Below the pieces are notes generated by a model that saw only the letters and a list, made by a program, of their open reading frames with translations, ran no database searches and had not been told where the DNA came from. The translations under genes and the position numbers were made by a program. A stretch of DNA of 64,000 bases from NCBI GenBank assembly GCA_973895155.1, contig OZ316897.1, positions 1,142,515 through 1,206,514 of the forward strand, read 5' to 3'. The stretch comes from Marsupella aquatica (taxonomy: Eukaryota; Plantae; Marchantiophyta). Positions 1-13,820 of this stretch are shown piece by piece; position 1 is the stretch's first letter, and each line of letters begins with the position of its first letter.

Positions 1-400
1 TATGTTGTAGCCCCCATCCATTGTGTTAAGGGGTCTTGTGTTTGAATAAAGGCCCTCTTTGAATCCTTGGAGCATAATCACTAAATCTTCTCTCTAATTA
101 TATACAAAACACTCTTGCTAAAGTTGGAACACAACTTGCATGGGCCAAAAGGGAAAACAAAAAGACACCCAAGGGACAATATTTGAATTGGAAGTCTGGT
201 CTTACTCTTTGAATATGAGGTCCAGGCCTTGTTTTAGGGGGAAAACAGTACACTCCCCCTCAAGACAGGAAATTCTATACCATATATTCATGTATTGGTT
301 GGAAACAAATTCATTTTTTAGTCCCCCTATCCCTTTAATTTTTTAAGGGGAAATCTTTGATTAAGGGGAAATCTCTGGAAGCTCACTGAGAGAGATAATA

Positions 401-561
401 GAAACTAGTTATAACATTTGAACCCAAGACCTAAGAGTCCCTACTCAAGTGAACTACCACACAACTATGGTTTTCACAAAGAGTGAGGTCCGAGAAACCA
501 GTTACAACATTTGAACCCAAGACCCAAGAATACCTACTCAAGTGAACCACCACAAAACCAT
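401..561 (-). repeat. Two tandem ~92-bp copies of a possible tRNA-derived SINE head
   Basis: 401-470 and 493-561 are near-identical (GAAACYAGTTAYAACATTTGAACCCAAGACC...CCTACTCAAGTGAACYACCAC). The minus strand shows a box-B-like GGTTCAAAT downstream of a box-A-like TGGTAGTTCACTTGAGTAG. Confidence 0.4.
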
Positions 562-989
562 TCCTGTTTGGTCTCCATCCTTTTAATTTTAAGTCTCGTA
601 CATTCTAGCAATTAAAAATGATGGTCACATGGACTGCTTTCTTGGCCCTCCCATTCCACCAAGACGGTTGGCCCTCATTTGTGGGAAAACCGGAGATGGA
701 ATGGGTACACCCATAGCTTGCTGCTCAGAACCTTGGGGAGATACTTTAGGCCGTCAGACTCAAATGCCACACTTCGCACCATAAATTTGGACTTGCTAGT
801 TGGCATGCAAGAAGCGGACAATTTACATGTATTGGAGTTAAATTGTAACGATAGTGGTTACCAATTGCATCTTATCTGTAACCCAAGTACATCCCGTTGC
901 ACAGATATGACTGAGGCAAGTGAAAACCAGTTAAAGCTATTCTTACAAAGAGGATAAGATGTCCAATTTTCTGAAACGTAAGACCCCAC

Positions 990-3900
990 TCACCGTCGTC
1001 TCCGTGCAGATATTCGACAATCAAAGCATTTTCTATTGGAGTTGTTAGAATGGCTGTGAAAATTGTGGAAAGTTTCATTTTTTGTCACTACTCTGTGTGA
1101 TGGTGTGACTTCAAGATTTCTGTCTGAGTGCACTTCCTGACCACCTATCTGCAAATGAAATTGTTCTGATAAGACCCGAAGAACTGATGCATTTTGGACT
1201 TTAAGATCGTCAATAAGCTCCTGATGCTTGAGAAGCTGCAAAGAATACACACAATTGAATGTTAGAATTGGCTGCAAGCCAGAGAAAACTGTGTTCGTTC
1301 ATGACCAGTCAGTGATCAGCCAGCTGACTTAGAGGAAACTTCAAAAGCCTTCCATGAAATTGGAGTCCATTCATGTCAAACTTTTTTCGAACTTCTCACA
1401 TTATTGCTTGTCAGCTTTGCGCCTCTGATCCAACGTTGCTATGATTACAGGAAGTGTCAATTTCACATCACATTGCTACTCAAAGGTTGCTTGGAGAAGC
1501 TCCAAACGATGATACTGTACTATTTCGTTGGAAAATGGGGCTCCAAAACATTTGCGTCAAATCGTAAAACACGCCACCGCAGGCCTTCGCCAGACAGAGC
1601 CCTAAACGAGCAAGGTTCACTCTAGATTTGGAAATAGGTGTAGATTTCTTGGTAGAAGAAACAGCAGGTGCTCAAGTTTAGAGGGAGCCCTGGGGCAGCA
1701 AGCATCAAATAGTGCAGCCAAGGTAAAAAATATACCGTGCGAAGGATCTCATTTTCTTGGCGCAATTCGTGTACCTGCGGCCAAGCATCAGTGCAGTTAA
1801 AGGTTAAACTCCACTAGAGTTATAAAAACAAAGTTTTGTTGGACGACCTTGGCTCCTGTAGATAAGAAACAATGTAGGGCACTTTCCTAAAAGCATAAAA
1901 CAACTAAAACATCACAAGGAGACAAACCAGAGGGGTAAATATCCTGCTTCGCAAAGATCCAAATAAACAATTCCTATACTACGGTGTCTTCTGGACACGA
2001 GGTACTAAGCTCACCCTAAAGTTGGCCCGTCCGCTAGATTCAAACTCAGTTCCAAACTTTAATTTATGTGAGATTAGGAAGAAAAGATAACAAACTTAAA
2101 TGTAACTTGAGCCCACCAACCTCTCCAGTTCCCCCCGATGACATTACTGTGGTAGGTTCAGAGGGAGCTTCACTCAGTACATAGCCACTTGACTTGTTAG
2201 GAGCTGCTACTTTGATCCCAGGGAAGCTTTCCTCAGCAGTACTCTCCTGTTGAGATTCGGTCGGAACATTATCTGTAGCTTCATGAGCTTCACTCTCTGC
2301 ACTCGGCAGATGTTGTTGTAGCCGGCTTGCTGCTGCTGATAGCCTTTCCTGTAAAGTGAGCAAGCTAGTGAGGTCCTAGACAAAATTCACAGCAATAATG
2401 ATCCAATAGAGAATACCTTACTAGCAAAACCGCAGGCGAAACATTAGTAATTTAGCTGTAACGATATTGACAACTAGACATGCAAGAAAGTGAAATTTCC
2501 CCTCATCAAACTAGAACGCCTGCAAGTCAACTGATCGAACTTGTGAGCAATCCTGATTTCTTGTCCAGAAAGGTCAAGACAATGGAAACTCAGAACTGGC
2601 CAAAAACAAACCTGAAGAGAGTGTACAAGTTGTTGAGAAACACCTGGTTTCAGTGCTATGCCTACCACAGGATGTGAGACTTATGCATCAGTATTTGCCC
2701 TACACAGCAGAAGCAATCCAGCACTGCGTCAAGCTGCTAGACCGATTTAAAGTTATCCAATGACTGACTGATCACCGACAAACAATTTTTTACGCAATAG
2801 CAAAATTGTGCATGAGGCCTAGAACTAAGTCTACTGCATCCAAGCAAAGCTAATTTGAAATAGAAATAGTGCCTGCAATTCAGTAGCATTTGAGTTTTCC
2901 AAGTTATCACTAAAGGTTCGAGGTATGCAAATTGAGGTTATTCCTTTGCCACGAACATGCATCAAGGAACAGGGGCTTGATGCAAGTGGTGGGTTTCGGA
3001 TTACTCACCCACTCCAAACCCACGGCCAATGCCGACTCCACAGCCAACACCAGCATTCAGGTTTTTTATGCCAAGTTTTCTCAGCTGTAAAATCAGCATG
3101 GAGCACAACGTCAGATTCTGTCACGAGTGAAGCTCGTCATATACTTAATATGCTTGAGAAACAAAGGTAAGCTGAGGGTACAAGTCTTCTGGAATTCTGC
3201 GGTGCTAGACAGGGACTCCCCCTACCATGCCAAAAGCTTTGTGGCTCACTCCTCCAAAAGCTTGAGAGCCTGCCCTGCTTGTTGCACTCATCATCTCTCC
3301 CAGTACTGGAATTGAACCTGATCCCCACGGTATGATTCCAGTGTATCGTCATGGCATAGAGACGGTTTTTTGCAATCAGCAATCTACTCCTACTCAAGAC
3401 CAAAATCCAAGTCAGATGAAATAGTTGCTATTGGGCCCTGAAGTTCAGTATTACAAATCCAGACAACAAAAGAAGAATCCACCAGAAAGACAGTATGAAG
3501 GATAACACCTTGGGTTCAAACGTAAATTGCTTCCCGCCAAAAAAACCTTGATTTCAGTAGATTTCAAGAGTTCTTATTTCAAGGCTCAGGGAAGAAGAGT
3601 TGCAATAACTCATGAACCCTAGCAATCGAAGGATTTTGGGGAGCCCCAGAGAGGACTGCGTCCAAAGGCGACGGGAGAGATCAAGACCGCACTTCGTAGC
3701 GATGCTCAGGTGAAGACCATGGACGCCACTACCACTACTTCACGACAGGTTGGAATGGGCCCTCACTCAGGAATTTATCAGCTAAAACAGTGGACCACAG
3801 CGAGGCTTCGTGAGGACTTCAAACACAATTTAAAAGTTCAACGGTTTTAGCGAGATCTTATTTCGCATTCGATGGGAAAGAAAGATTCGCGTTGTTTAGA

Positions 3901-4415
3901 TCCTACATTGGAGGAAGGATATTCAAAGAAAATGATAGCCCAAAAGTTGTGGGGCCTATTTCATCTGTGATAGAATCGAATCAGGTCCTAGAAGTGCGAG
4001 ATTGAGAGGCAGACCTTTAGATACAAATGTTCACTCGAAAGAACAGTAAGATTATAATTCAGCTCGGAAAGTGAGGAAGCGGGATATCACTCGATGAGCA
4101 AATTGACAGACAAAGCACGTGATGCCCCGTTTACTTGGCATGACTCCTACGAAGAGCCATCTTCCACTGAGGAACAGAGTAGAGATGCAAAAACAGAGGA
4201 AGCTCAAGATAATCTTCAAGAGCGAGAAATTGAGAAATAAACGATGGCCAACGAAGCTTCAAAGTACCTAGAGCGATGGGGTAGCCCACACCAAGTCCGA
4301 TTCCACAACCGACCCCAAAGCCAGTCATGAGCTGCCCAACTTTCAGAGTGAAAGAATTTCTCGCTTGGGCGCTCATAGTTGCTGAGTTGCTCATCAATGG
4401 AAGAATGCTCTCCAT
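990..4415 (-). CDS. Conserved plant glycine-rich uncharacterised protein (~301 aa, 7 exons: 4415-4268, 3317-3226, 3084-3009, 2661-2612, 2375-2121, 1774-1736, 1235-990)
   Basis: All six introns are GT-AG with matching phases, and the joined 906 nt is open. The protein reads FTLKVGQLMTGFGVGCGIGLGVGYP..GSIPVLGEMMSAT..LRKLGIKNLNAGVGCGVGIGRGFGVGIALKPG..ELRQENEILRTLLKHQELIDDL..CFDCR..RRRR. The start could also be the ATG at 4394 or 4376. Confidence 0.85.
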
Positions 4416-5469
4416 TAATCACAGTGAATTCAGCTGCGCCTCATTCTGCTCAGTCGTCTTGAGGATTCAACTTCTTTCAAAATAGACTACGGACAGAAAA
4501 CAGGATTGCTGCTGGGCATAGGACTTGGGCCGAGAGCACAGTCCCACACCAATCCAATCCCACCGCTTGCAACGTAATTTCGAGAACACAAGGAGGAGGC
4601 AAGGCAAGGCTTGTTTCGGGCTGTTTCCCTTCTTTCTTTTTACTAGCCCCTACTACCCCTTCGTCCCTTTTTTTTTCTCGTTTTACTAGCCAATGCTACC
4701 TCTTCTTTGAACCTAGTAGGCAACAATAAAATAAAGCATGATTTATATGATTTATAAATATCATTCTATATTCACTAGTTTCCTTCTTTAAATATTAATG
4801 AAATATGATAAAAAAATAATAATGATTCATGTTATATATAATATGCTATCAAGTATGTGTATATTGTCTTTACATGCACATATACTCTCATTCATGTCAT
4901 ACATAATTTATTATAATGTCTTTGCACTTCTTTGTTGCATGCACATTTCTTTTGGTGGGGCCCTAGAGTCACGGGTTAGAGGCTTCCCCTTCGAGCTTTA
5001 TAAGTGACATAACACACTCCATGCCATTGTGGCATAGAGTAGACCTGAGATTTACAACAGTACAACTGCCTTCTACAAAGAGAGTTTTCTACCTAGGACA
5101 TCTCAAAGCTTTCATGATGGCCTTGGGCAATTGCTTTTTCTTTGCGGCAGGGTTATTAAACTTTTTTTTCACTAGCATCTAAGGTGACTATTGGTCATGG
5201 CAGAAAATTATGGAATATAATTTTGGTAGCAGATATATTACTTTTTTGTAACCTAACCTAGTGGTTAACGTCCATCAAGTTTTAAAGATTTGAGACCCCC
5301 TATTTATGAGAGTCCACACTCATGTGACTTTAATTAAGGTGACTAGGTTGAAGTATGCACAAAAGGGTTCCCCATATTGTCTCTATTCATAAGCATTATC
5401 AAATTATCAAAATTTGTTCTTATGAGAGAAATTAAGACCTACGGTTTCAGAGTAGATCTTGAATTATAG

Positions 5470-7700
5470 TATGAATTGCGCATTGCATAAAAGATGTCAA
5501 GGAAAAGATGGTGATAAGAGAAAGAGATGTTGAGGTGAGAAAAGATGTTGAGGATAGAAAAGATGACGAGGTGAGAATGTACGTCGAGATGAGGGAAAGA
5601 TTGAAGAATAGATGTCAAAGGGAGAAAAGATGTTGAGGGTGAAGGAAAGTTATTGTGGTGAGATAAAGATGTCAAGGTGAGAACAAGGTAACTTGGTAAG
5701 ATGTCAAAGTGAAAAATATGTCTAGATGAGAAAAGATGTCAAGCCAAGTGAAAAAGGTTGCCAAAGAAAGAAAAAAGGTTGACGGTGAGAAAAATATGTA
5801 GTGATGAGATAAAGATGTGAAGGCAAAGTAAAGTTGTTGCGGTGGTGTTGCTGTTCAATAACTTGTGCATTGCACATAGAAATTGAAGACTCGAGATAAA
5901 CATCATAACATCATAGAACCCAAGAAACAAAGCTTGGATGGACTGGAAGGTTGTCTCCCATCATCTTCATGGATTGTGACACATAAATTGAGCAGTTTAC
6001 ACCTAATGATGACATAATCTAGATAATAAATGTTTTCATTGACTGTTTACCTACATTTTAATTACGAAGTATGTGTGCACCTTGGAGTGAATTGAAAACA
6101 TGCATGGAATGGACTGAAATTTTACATTTAACTTCTACTCAAAAAAAATTAGTATTTTTGCAACGGCAAGGTACTCGAAGTGCTTATTGTAACAAGAGGA
6201 GTGAGCGCTCATTGAAAAACATAATTTCTTGGAGCTCCGCAGTGAAAAAATTACTTAATGTGCTCTTTGTGACAACAACAATGCTCTCTGGAAAATATGA
6301 TTTCTCAACAATACTCCTTAGAATAAAGTCTGAGATAGCTTTGCAGCAGCAAAATAAGTCAAAACCCTCCGTGTCACAAGAGTGGCATTCTATGAAAAAT
6401 ATGATTCCTAAAAATGTTTTGCAAATTAAAATGCACTTTAGCTTTGCATTGGCAAAATTACTATAGTCTAGTAACAAGAACAATACTCTAGTTTCCTTGG
6501 TGTAAATTGTTCTAGATATGATCTGGTTCATGGGTTGTTTGCTTCCCATTTTGGGGGGGGTTTTGCAGTCCATTATAAATAGTATTCTTGAATAAAATTG
6601 AGTTCAGCTTGTTTTTTGTAGTAAGTGAAGGAACTACTTGAGGTGCTATGAGTAAAATGTGAAGTGGTCTGCACATAGTTTCATTGACCATAAAGGCCAG
6701 CTAAGGTGCTCAAACACCTGAATGTACCTTAATTTTTGTCTTTTTTATTGAACTCTAAAAACATGGCTAGAGTACTATCTGGAGGGAAAAGGATAATATA
6801 TAAGAGAATAAAACCCCCAAATAAAGCAAAGCTTGCAATCACGACTCTTATGGTAAGTGACATGATATCTTTTGGACATAAGTGATCATGAAATCACAGA
6901 CAAAATTTGTGTTGAGCGTAGACGACATTCGCAATGGCAAGCCCATGAACCATCCAACGCACAAGAGTCGACACAGAGAGATACGTGGTTCACCTCCACA
7001 TGAGGTTACGTCCACGGGAACACACAAGAGCTTTACTGCACTCTAGGATACCAAGCATCCACAGCACAAGCTCTCCCTATCTCTCAACTAGCTCCGTAAC
7101 AATGAGTCTAAGTTCCACCCATGGTCTGGCATCAGCCCTGGTTATATGTACAACAGCACTACCGCTAACATTAGCTAAGTCCTAACCGGAGTTAGACTAA
7201 TTGTGGTTAGCTCATGAGTCACAAGACTAGAACAATATCTAACAATTTGTTGGATAGAAATTAATGATAACCTGACAGGGTAGTTATGGAGAGAAGTGTA
7301 AAGAATAACATTCAAGCATATATGTGTGCTTTAATCCAGTCCATCAAAGTTTGGCTTGTCCATGGGGCCTTCATGGACAATGTATCATAAGTTCTAGAAA
7401 CCCAAACTTTAAGTTATAGAACCCAAGCTATAAACATTTTATATATTTTATTTATATTCAAGTTTATCCAATTCAAAGTTTATCAAAATAAGCTCATATC
7501 CAATTCTTTACATTTCAAGTTTAATTAATTTTAACTAATTTTCATTTAATTTCTCATCTCCGTCAAGTTTGGGCAGGCTAGGGACAGCTTGGACATAGGC
7601 AATTGAAATTAGAAAGGGTTTGGATATGTGGTGCCAGAAGAAAAAAAATTTAATGAAGGGCTACAACTGGTTCTTGCTTTTCTTGAGTTTTTAAAGGGAC
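5470..7700. repeat. Dispersed repeat family, copy 1: purine-rich ~18-bp minisatellite (GAGAAAAGATGTCAAGGT-like, 5490-5830) plus conserved downstream blocks, interrupted by other insertions
   Basis: The same minisatellite and the same downstream blocks recur: 5820-5930 matches 28485-28570 and 7560-7700 matches 28740-28870. Confidence 0.6.
6910..7244 (-). mobile_element. Solo LTR, 335 bp, Copia-type
   Basis: TGTT...AACA termini with a perfect 5-bp TSD ATTTG (6905-6909 / 7245-7249). It contains ACGTGGTTC...TACGTCCAC, a motif common in plant Copia LTRs. Confidence 0.8.
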
Positions 7701-10429
7701 AAAAAAGACACCCGTGATAGAGTATTATAGAGGTAGGTAAATATATAAATAAGAGTTGGGGTTCCATTTTAGTGTGTTGTGGCAGAATTGGGGTGAGTTG
7801 ACTCTTATTTAGGCAGTTACTCTTATTTAACTTACCCAATACTAATTAATCCGAAATTGTAATATGATTGCATTGGTCATAACTAAAATGCTTAAGTGGT
7901 GTCACATGAAGGGAAAAATTATTATTTGTAACTTATTATGCAAGTCGTTAAAGTAGTCGTTAAAGTAGTTATAGTAGAGTTGACCGAGGAGAAGCACGCT
8001 ATTGGATGGGAATGCTGAACAAGGTCGGAGATGAAGATGGAAATGCTGAACAAGGCAGGAGATGAAGAAAGTGGACTGCTAGCTCGCGGGTCGATATATG
8101 CCAAGCGGAAAATTGAATGTTGAATGGCACATTGGTGCGCTAGGTGAGACGACGTTCTCTAAAAGAGGAAACGGAGCTTGTCAGTTGTCATATGATGAAA
8201 CCCCGTGAGTGAACACGAATCGTAATGCTATTCGTTAGGTGATTCCTGGATCTGGGTGGAGATCTGGATACTTCCTGAGTGCGCTGCTTGTTTTGCCGAA
8301 AGACACGGAGGTTGTTGATTGCAATCCAAATGGCGTTCATTTGATCACTTCTGTATTTTACCTGAAAGTCATCGTTTCAAATGGCGTGACCCATCTTCTA
8401 ATCACAAGGCAATGCATAAATTCACAGCACAGAAAACTGTCAATGAACAACGTTAAATCTAGGAATTGTTCAGCTGTAGAAAATTGAGCTGCAACTGAAT
8501 TTGGAGATCTGAGCTCTAGCCCATTAGTGAATGACTCTGAATGCAATCTCTACAGGGACATAGATTATTTGGAGCTACGCAGAGGACTTGCAGAACGCCG
8601 TAATAGAAGAAAATTTCTGTAATTTTTGATGTGACCCACATGCCGTTGCTTTGAGCCCACTGCCACCTGGATCTGAAGTGAGGTCGATCGCTACGGTGAA
8701 GGCATGATAATTGACACACCTGGTCCCAGTACTGCCGTGATTGTCGCGAACGCACTCTTTGATATGAGACGGAATAGATGAGATTTGCTTCTCCCTGCTT
8801 CTGTGCAATCTCTATGGATTAGCTTCTGTGCAGTCTCTGTGGATTACAAATTGTTTTCGCCCGGGAGAGCGGACTTAAGATACAAAGAAGGATGAAATGA
8901 TGTTACTCGTGGTTGTTCTGTCTCCTTGTTATTTTCATCGACTACGGTAGTCAAATCCCGATTCCCCATCTGCACCTCTTTTTGGCTCACGGAGCTTCAT
9001 GCTACGCGAGAGTGTCTTCACTTCACTTTACTCTAGTGTATGTTGTGACCTTGATCACCGCAGCTTGGAACTGGAATGCTATCATTACCGGAAGTATGGT
9101 CGAACGTTCATACGTTCCTTCCAATAATTGATACCCTGTTCGTCATCAATCCAGTTTGGAGCTGTGCTATCCATTTTTGGGATCGTGCAATGATGGACTC
9201 CAGCTGGGATATGATCTGTGAGTGGAATGGGGATGGATGGTACAAGGCGACTTCCAGTAAAACGGGGACAGGAGCGGTATTCTGTTCAGTCCACTTGGCA
9301 GCTGAGATCCCATCTTAGTAAAGGGTTGTGGAACAACTTCAACGGGAAGTTGGCTGACTTGGCTCGGTGGTAGCAGCACTGTCGTTCAGTAGTACTGTTG
9401 TCAGTTCACCTTGAATCTGGAATCCCACGTGTCAGGATTGTGCAACGTCTTCCCTGGGAAAGTGGGTGAGGCAATGGGTACACGGTCGATCAGTCTACTT
9501 TGAAGCTGACATCCCAAAGACGACGAGGATTGTGAAATGCTGCACTCAAGATTCAGAGTGCGTCTTAAACTTGCACAGTAGATGCAGTAATTTTCAGTGA
9601 GGGGAAGCTGGCACGGTGAAGCTGTTGTCCTTCCCGCGTTCAGGGTTGTGGACAAGCTGGCACGGTGAAGCTGGTGACCTTCCCGGGTTCAGGTGTGTGG
9701 ACTGCTGGGCGACTGGTGGGAATGTGCGAAAGTGGTTGAGGCGGGACACGGCAGGAGACGGTGTGGTTTGGTCGCCTTCAAATTGCAACTGCTGAGACGC
9801 ACTCGAGACATGACCCCTCCACCTCCACTTTTGCACTAAGCACTGCAACAGGGCAGGGAGTTTCGGTGGCGGAGAGAGTAGTTTTGATTCGTCAAATCGT
9901 TGCTCTTCTTCAGGCAGGCAGATAAGAATGTGTCCGGGGAATGTGTGTTTTCGATTCGACGTCTCGTTTCACATTAGGAAGGTCTGAGTGCCGTGTGTGT
10001 GGTACTCTCGTTTGTGGCCTTCGGTTGTAACGATTATCTGGACTTCATAGCCTCGCTATGAATGGCCGTTGCTCGGAGGAAGCGGAGCTGTAGAGGGGCT
10101 TTCCAGGAAAGTACACTTCATCGCTGCCGCTGACGGGTTGACTCTCCGAGACTAGTACATTACAAATCATTGTCGGAGCCACGGAATGCGAGCTGAGAGG
10201 AAGCTCTGCTGGTCTCGACAAATGCACAGCAGATCAGTTTTCTTCGCCTCGGCGTTCATGGTTCTTAGGCAGTGGAACCCTGGCCCGTCAGGGTAATAAA
10301 TCTCCCGTCCCAGGGAGCTGACAAGTTTCTCTACGAGTATGATTTTGGACTTGAAGAACTTTTCTGATTGCAGAGGGAACAATATTAGAAGCCTTGTCTC
10401 CACTGTGGGAGGCATCCGCTGCACCTGAA

Positions 10430-10762
10430 ATGGCTTTTCTCATTGACTTGGTTTCGTACGCCATATCCCAGCTGCTCAGCTATGCAATACTGGCAGTTTT
10501 TGGTGTCCCCGCAATTCTGGCGTTCAACTTACTGAAAGCAGTCGTCCACGGTCTTCCGCACGTTGTGGACTCTCTTGTCAACTCCATAGCAAACATTGTC
10601 GTGACTACCATTTCCAATACGGCGAGCCTTTTTTACTACACCATCAAAGGCTTCGTCTTCAACATTCTGGTTACGGTGCTGTATGGTCTTATAAGGCATC
10701 TTCTGAGGGCTGTCTTCGAGTTAGCATCTCTCATAGCATCATTAGTCTCGAACGCCGGGTGA
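10430..10762 (+). CDS. Possible small hydrophobic/amphipathic protein or gene fragment
   Basis: 110-aa ATG-started ORF (MAFLIDLVSYAISQLLSYAILAVFGVPAILAFNLL...) with a helical hydrophobic pattern in a GC-richer island. No family recognised. Confidence 0.3.
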   Translation: MAFLIDLVSYAISQLLSYAILAVFGVPAILAFNLLKAVVHGLPHVVDSLVNSIANIVVTTISNTASLFYYTIKGFVFNILVTVLYGLIRHLLRAVFELASLIASLVSNAG

Positions 10763-12879
10763 ATGACGAGCTGATCTTCGTACAAAGTCTGGAAACACTC
10801 ATCAGAAGCCATCGATGGCTTTATCCAGAAAATGTAGCACACTGTTTCGATCGACTTTTCTTGAGGGAACACTGATACTCGATCCGGCAAGAAGTTGAAC
10901 TCGCTCAATTGGCCCAATCTTGCTGCTAGAGGTTCTAAGCGAAGAGGAAAACTTTCCAAGAGGATGATTATGAACAGACACTACTGTTATATGTAGCGTC
11001 TACTGAATATCTCGAAGAATATTGACTTTGGGGATCTCTTGGCTTGCGTGAGGATATTGACTGCTGGCCTATGAGCGAGGCAGTTGAACGGATGAGCTTT
11101 CAATCGTCCCTTCACGAGATGGAAGAACTCATCAATGTGATTCTGCTGGGTCCAGAGCGTGAGCACATACAGTGGCAAATTGAAGTTTGGTGGGGGACAT
11201 TCGAACAAATCAAATCGTGGTTTTCTCTTTCTTCATGGGTCGAAGTTGAGATCTTGCTGCGCCATTACCACTGATCAGCCTTCCGCTCCAGCGACAGGAT
11301 CAAGGTTTGGGGATTCGGAAAAAAAACGAGGCAGAGAAGCAGATTCTGAACAGGGTTTTGGTCAACTTGCAAGCAATGACATTCTTTGAAGGTGCCTCTT
11401 AAATGGAGGCAAAATACTTCATTTACACATTAGCTTCGTTCAAACATGTCCTTGCAACGAATCCCCTAGACAGGAAGTGGCAGTGGATGTGCCATGTAGA
11501 AAATCAGTAAAGACTGTAGATGATTTTGGACGCTTGAGTCTCAGTTTCTTGAGTCATAGTCTCGAGTCTCAATCCTCAGTGTGCAGTATTATGTGTGATT
11601 TCATGTGACATGAAATTAGAGTGACACCAGAGATAATGTGAGTCACATTATTTTATGTGAGATGTAAAATTTGAACGGCTACTCAATTAGTGTGACTATC
11701 ATTAATTGGGGTGGACAGTGCTTTGTAGCATATCAAAATGTATAGGATTGAGGGCATATGGTCTCCTTTATAGGTTATGTGGCTACCCAATATTCACCCC
11801 CATAAGGAAAATTGTATAATCGGAAAGGAGACCTTATGGATTTGATTGTACTTTCAAGTCCTGTGCTCACGTGTGGTTGGACCTCCTGACATTTCTATTA
11901 TTTTTGTCACTCTCTGCTTTGCACCAAGACCATATAGCTTATAATGAGATATATGGTCCCAACCGTCACTTTGTCCCCAAAGCACGGCGATAGTCCTGGT
12001 CTAAGTTTCATGCTAGACTGTTGATCGCACTTTATTAGAAATGTACCACTATGAAAGGAAATGGTTACCTGGTAGCTGTCCCGCTCCCATTGTGGAACTG
12101 TCTCCTCTCATCACACCACCATCTTCTACACTCTACCCTGCACCAGATATTTCTCACAAGAGCATTGTGTCCATCTCTTACATTCTGATGGACTGTTATA
12201 TGTAGTAGCATGTTCATCCTACTACATGTCTATTTCGACTTAATTGAAATGAGGAGACATTTTACTTTTAACCCTAATTTATGAAAAACAAGTATTGAAA
12301 GAATGATTATAAAAAAGTTAATGAAAAAATTGCACACCTTTTTAAAAGTGAGAAAAGTACAATATTACATGTGCATTAATTGAAAGATATTACACTAGTT
12401 AATGTACCTGTAAAAGTACAACACTTTATGATTCAAAGAGAAGAGCGTGAACTACTTAACTTTGTTTTTTTTATTTAATTTTCTGCTCTATGTGGGGCTC
12501 TTTATTTAGGTTCCACCTGTTCATCAATAAACCATGAACAATGTAATTCCTATGACCAATGGTATATAAGGTGCACTCATCAATGAATAGTGTACTAGTT
12601 GCTTGGTTGAAGGGTCGAACCTATGCCCCTCAAAATGTTTAGGGAACCTAATAAAAACTATGCCCCTTAGAATGTTAAAGAACCTATGGCACTCAAAAAA
12701 CATGTAAGGGACCTAATAAAAACTAAGTAAATTTAAAAATTTTAAGGGGCTGTCGAAAATGACTAAATTCTAAATAATACATGACTAAAACATGGATTAG
12801 GCCAAATTAACATAAAAATACATTTCAATTAAAGTGAATGAGACAAGATAACCAAAGAGTGTTCCACCATATAGCAGCC

Positions 12880-13820
12880 TCAATCTCCATCCAGGACCAA
12901 GGAGATCAATCTCCATCCAGGACCAAGGGCAAGTTGTGCTACAGTTTGCATTATGCCCTCACCACTAAATGGAATTGAAATATTCATGAACTGTAACATA
13001 TCAGTATGAGCTAACTTAAAGCAATAATGAAAAGGGCTTAATCCAAATTTAGTTTGAAATGGGGTTGACGTGGCAATGTTGCACTTGTTTAGGGGCAGGC
13101 TACTCAAAGCTGGTATCTTTACACCAAGTCCATTTGGTGCGGACATTTGATAGAGAGAAGTGCCAGATTTGTTGTTTTGTATTGTTTTAGTAGTCATGGA
13201 AAAGAAAGCCCTGGCTTGTTTGAGTAGGTATCAGAGCCCAGAATGCACTAGAAACAAGGGTGTTAGGACTCTGCTCTTGTGTCCATTCAACAGAGCGTTG
13301 ATGGCAAATTTACCTTTCTGCTTCAGTTTTTGATTTGTTCCCATGAGTTAGTTTGGCATCTTGTGATGCCAATGAAAACTCCTGATGCTCCGACTTTTTT
13401 CATGAACAAAGCTGGAGTGTCATTTCTTGTTCTAGAAATGGGTCCCAGGCCAGAAATCTTTTTAAATGAACTATGACAGTTACAAATCCCTTCAGTTGAA
13501 TGAAAGAGCCAAATTTGCAAATGATTGGACCACACTTGGGGGTGCTCCAAAAGGTTAGACAAAATAAGCACTCCACATCCGCATATACTTGGGCTCAGTC
13601 CTTGCCATGTATGATTGGTAGATTGGTAGACATGTACCTGAATGGCCCCCCGGAGTGCTTGTAAATAATTAGCCATTTCCACTCATTGTAGAGTCCAAGC
13701 TTAATCCATAGGGGATAAAAACCAGGCAATGGGCCCAGTGCCTTGTCAAGCCACACTAAGTCAAAAATCTTCAATAGTGGGGGAAAGGGGTTTGTACTCC
13801 CACACTTAAGTTAATAGAGG
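12880..13820 (-). pseudogene. Possible highly decayed LINE 3' fragment (zf-RVT-like region)
   Basis: Broken Trp-rich frames and a degenerate ES-x-H-x-x-F-x-C-like motif near 13240-13275 on the minus strand. Many stops. Confidence 0.25.

Noticed and set aside
401-561. Functional tRNA genes
   Set aside because: Only box-A/B-like remnants are present and I could not build a cloverleaf; kept as a possible SINE relic.
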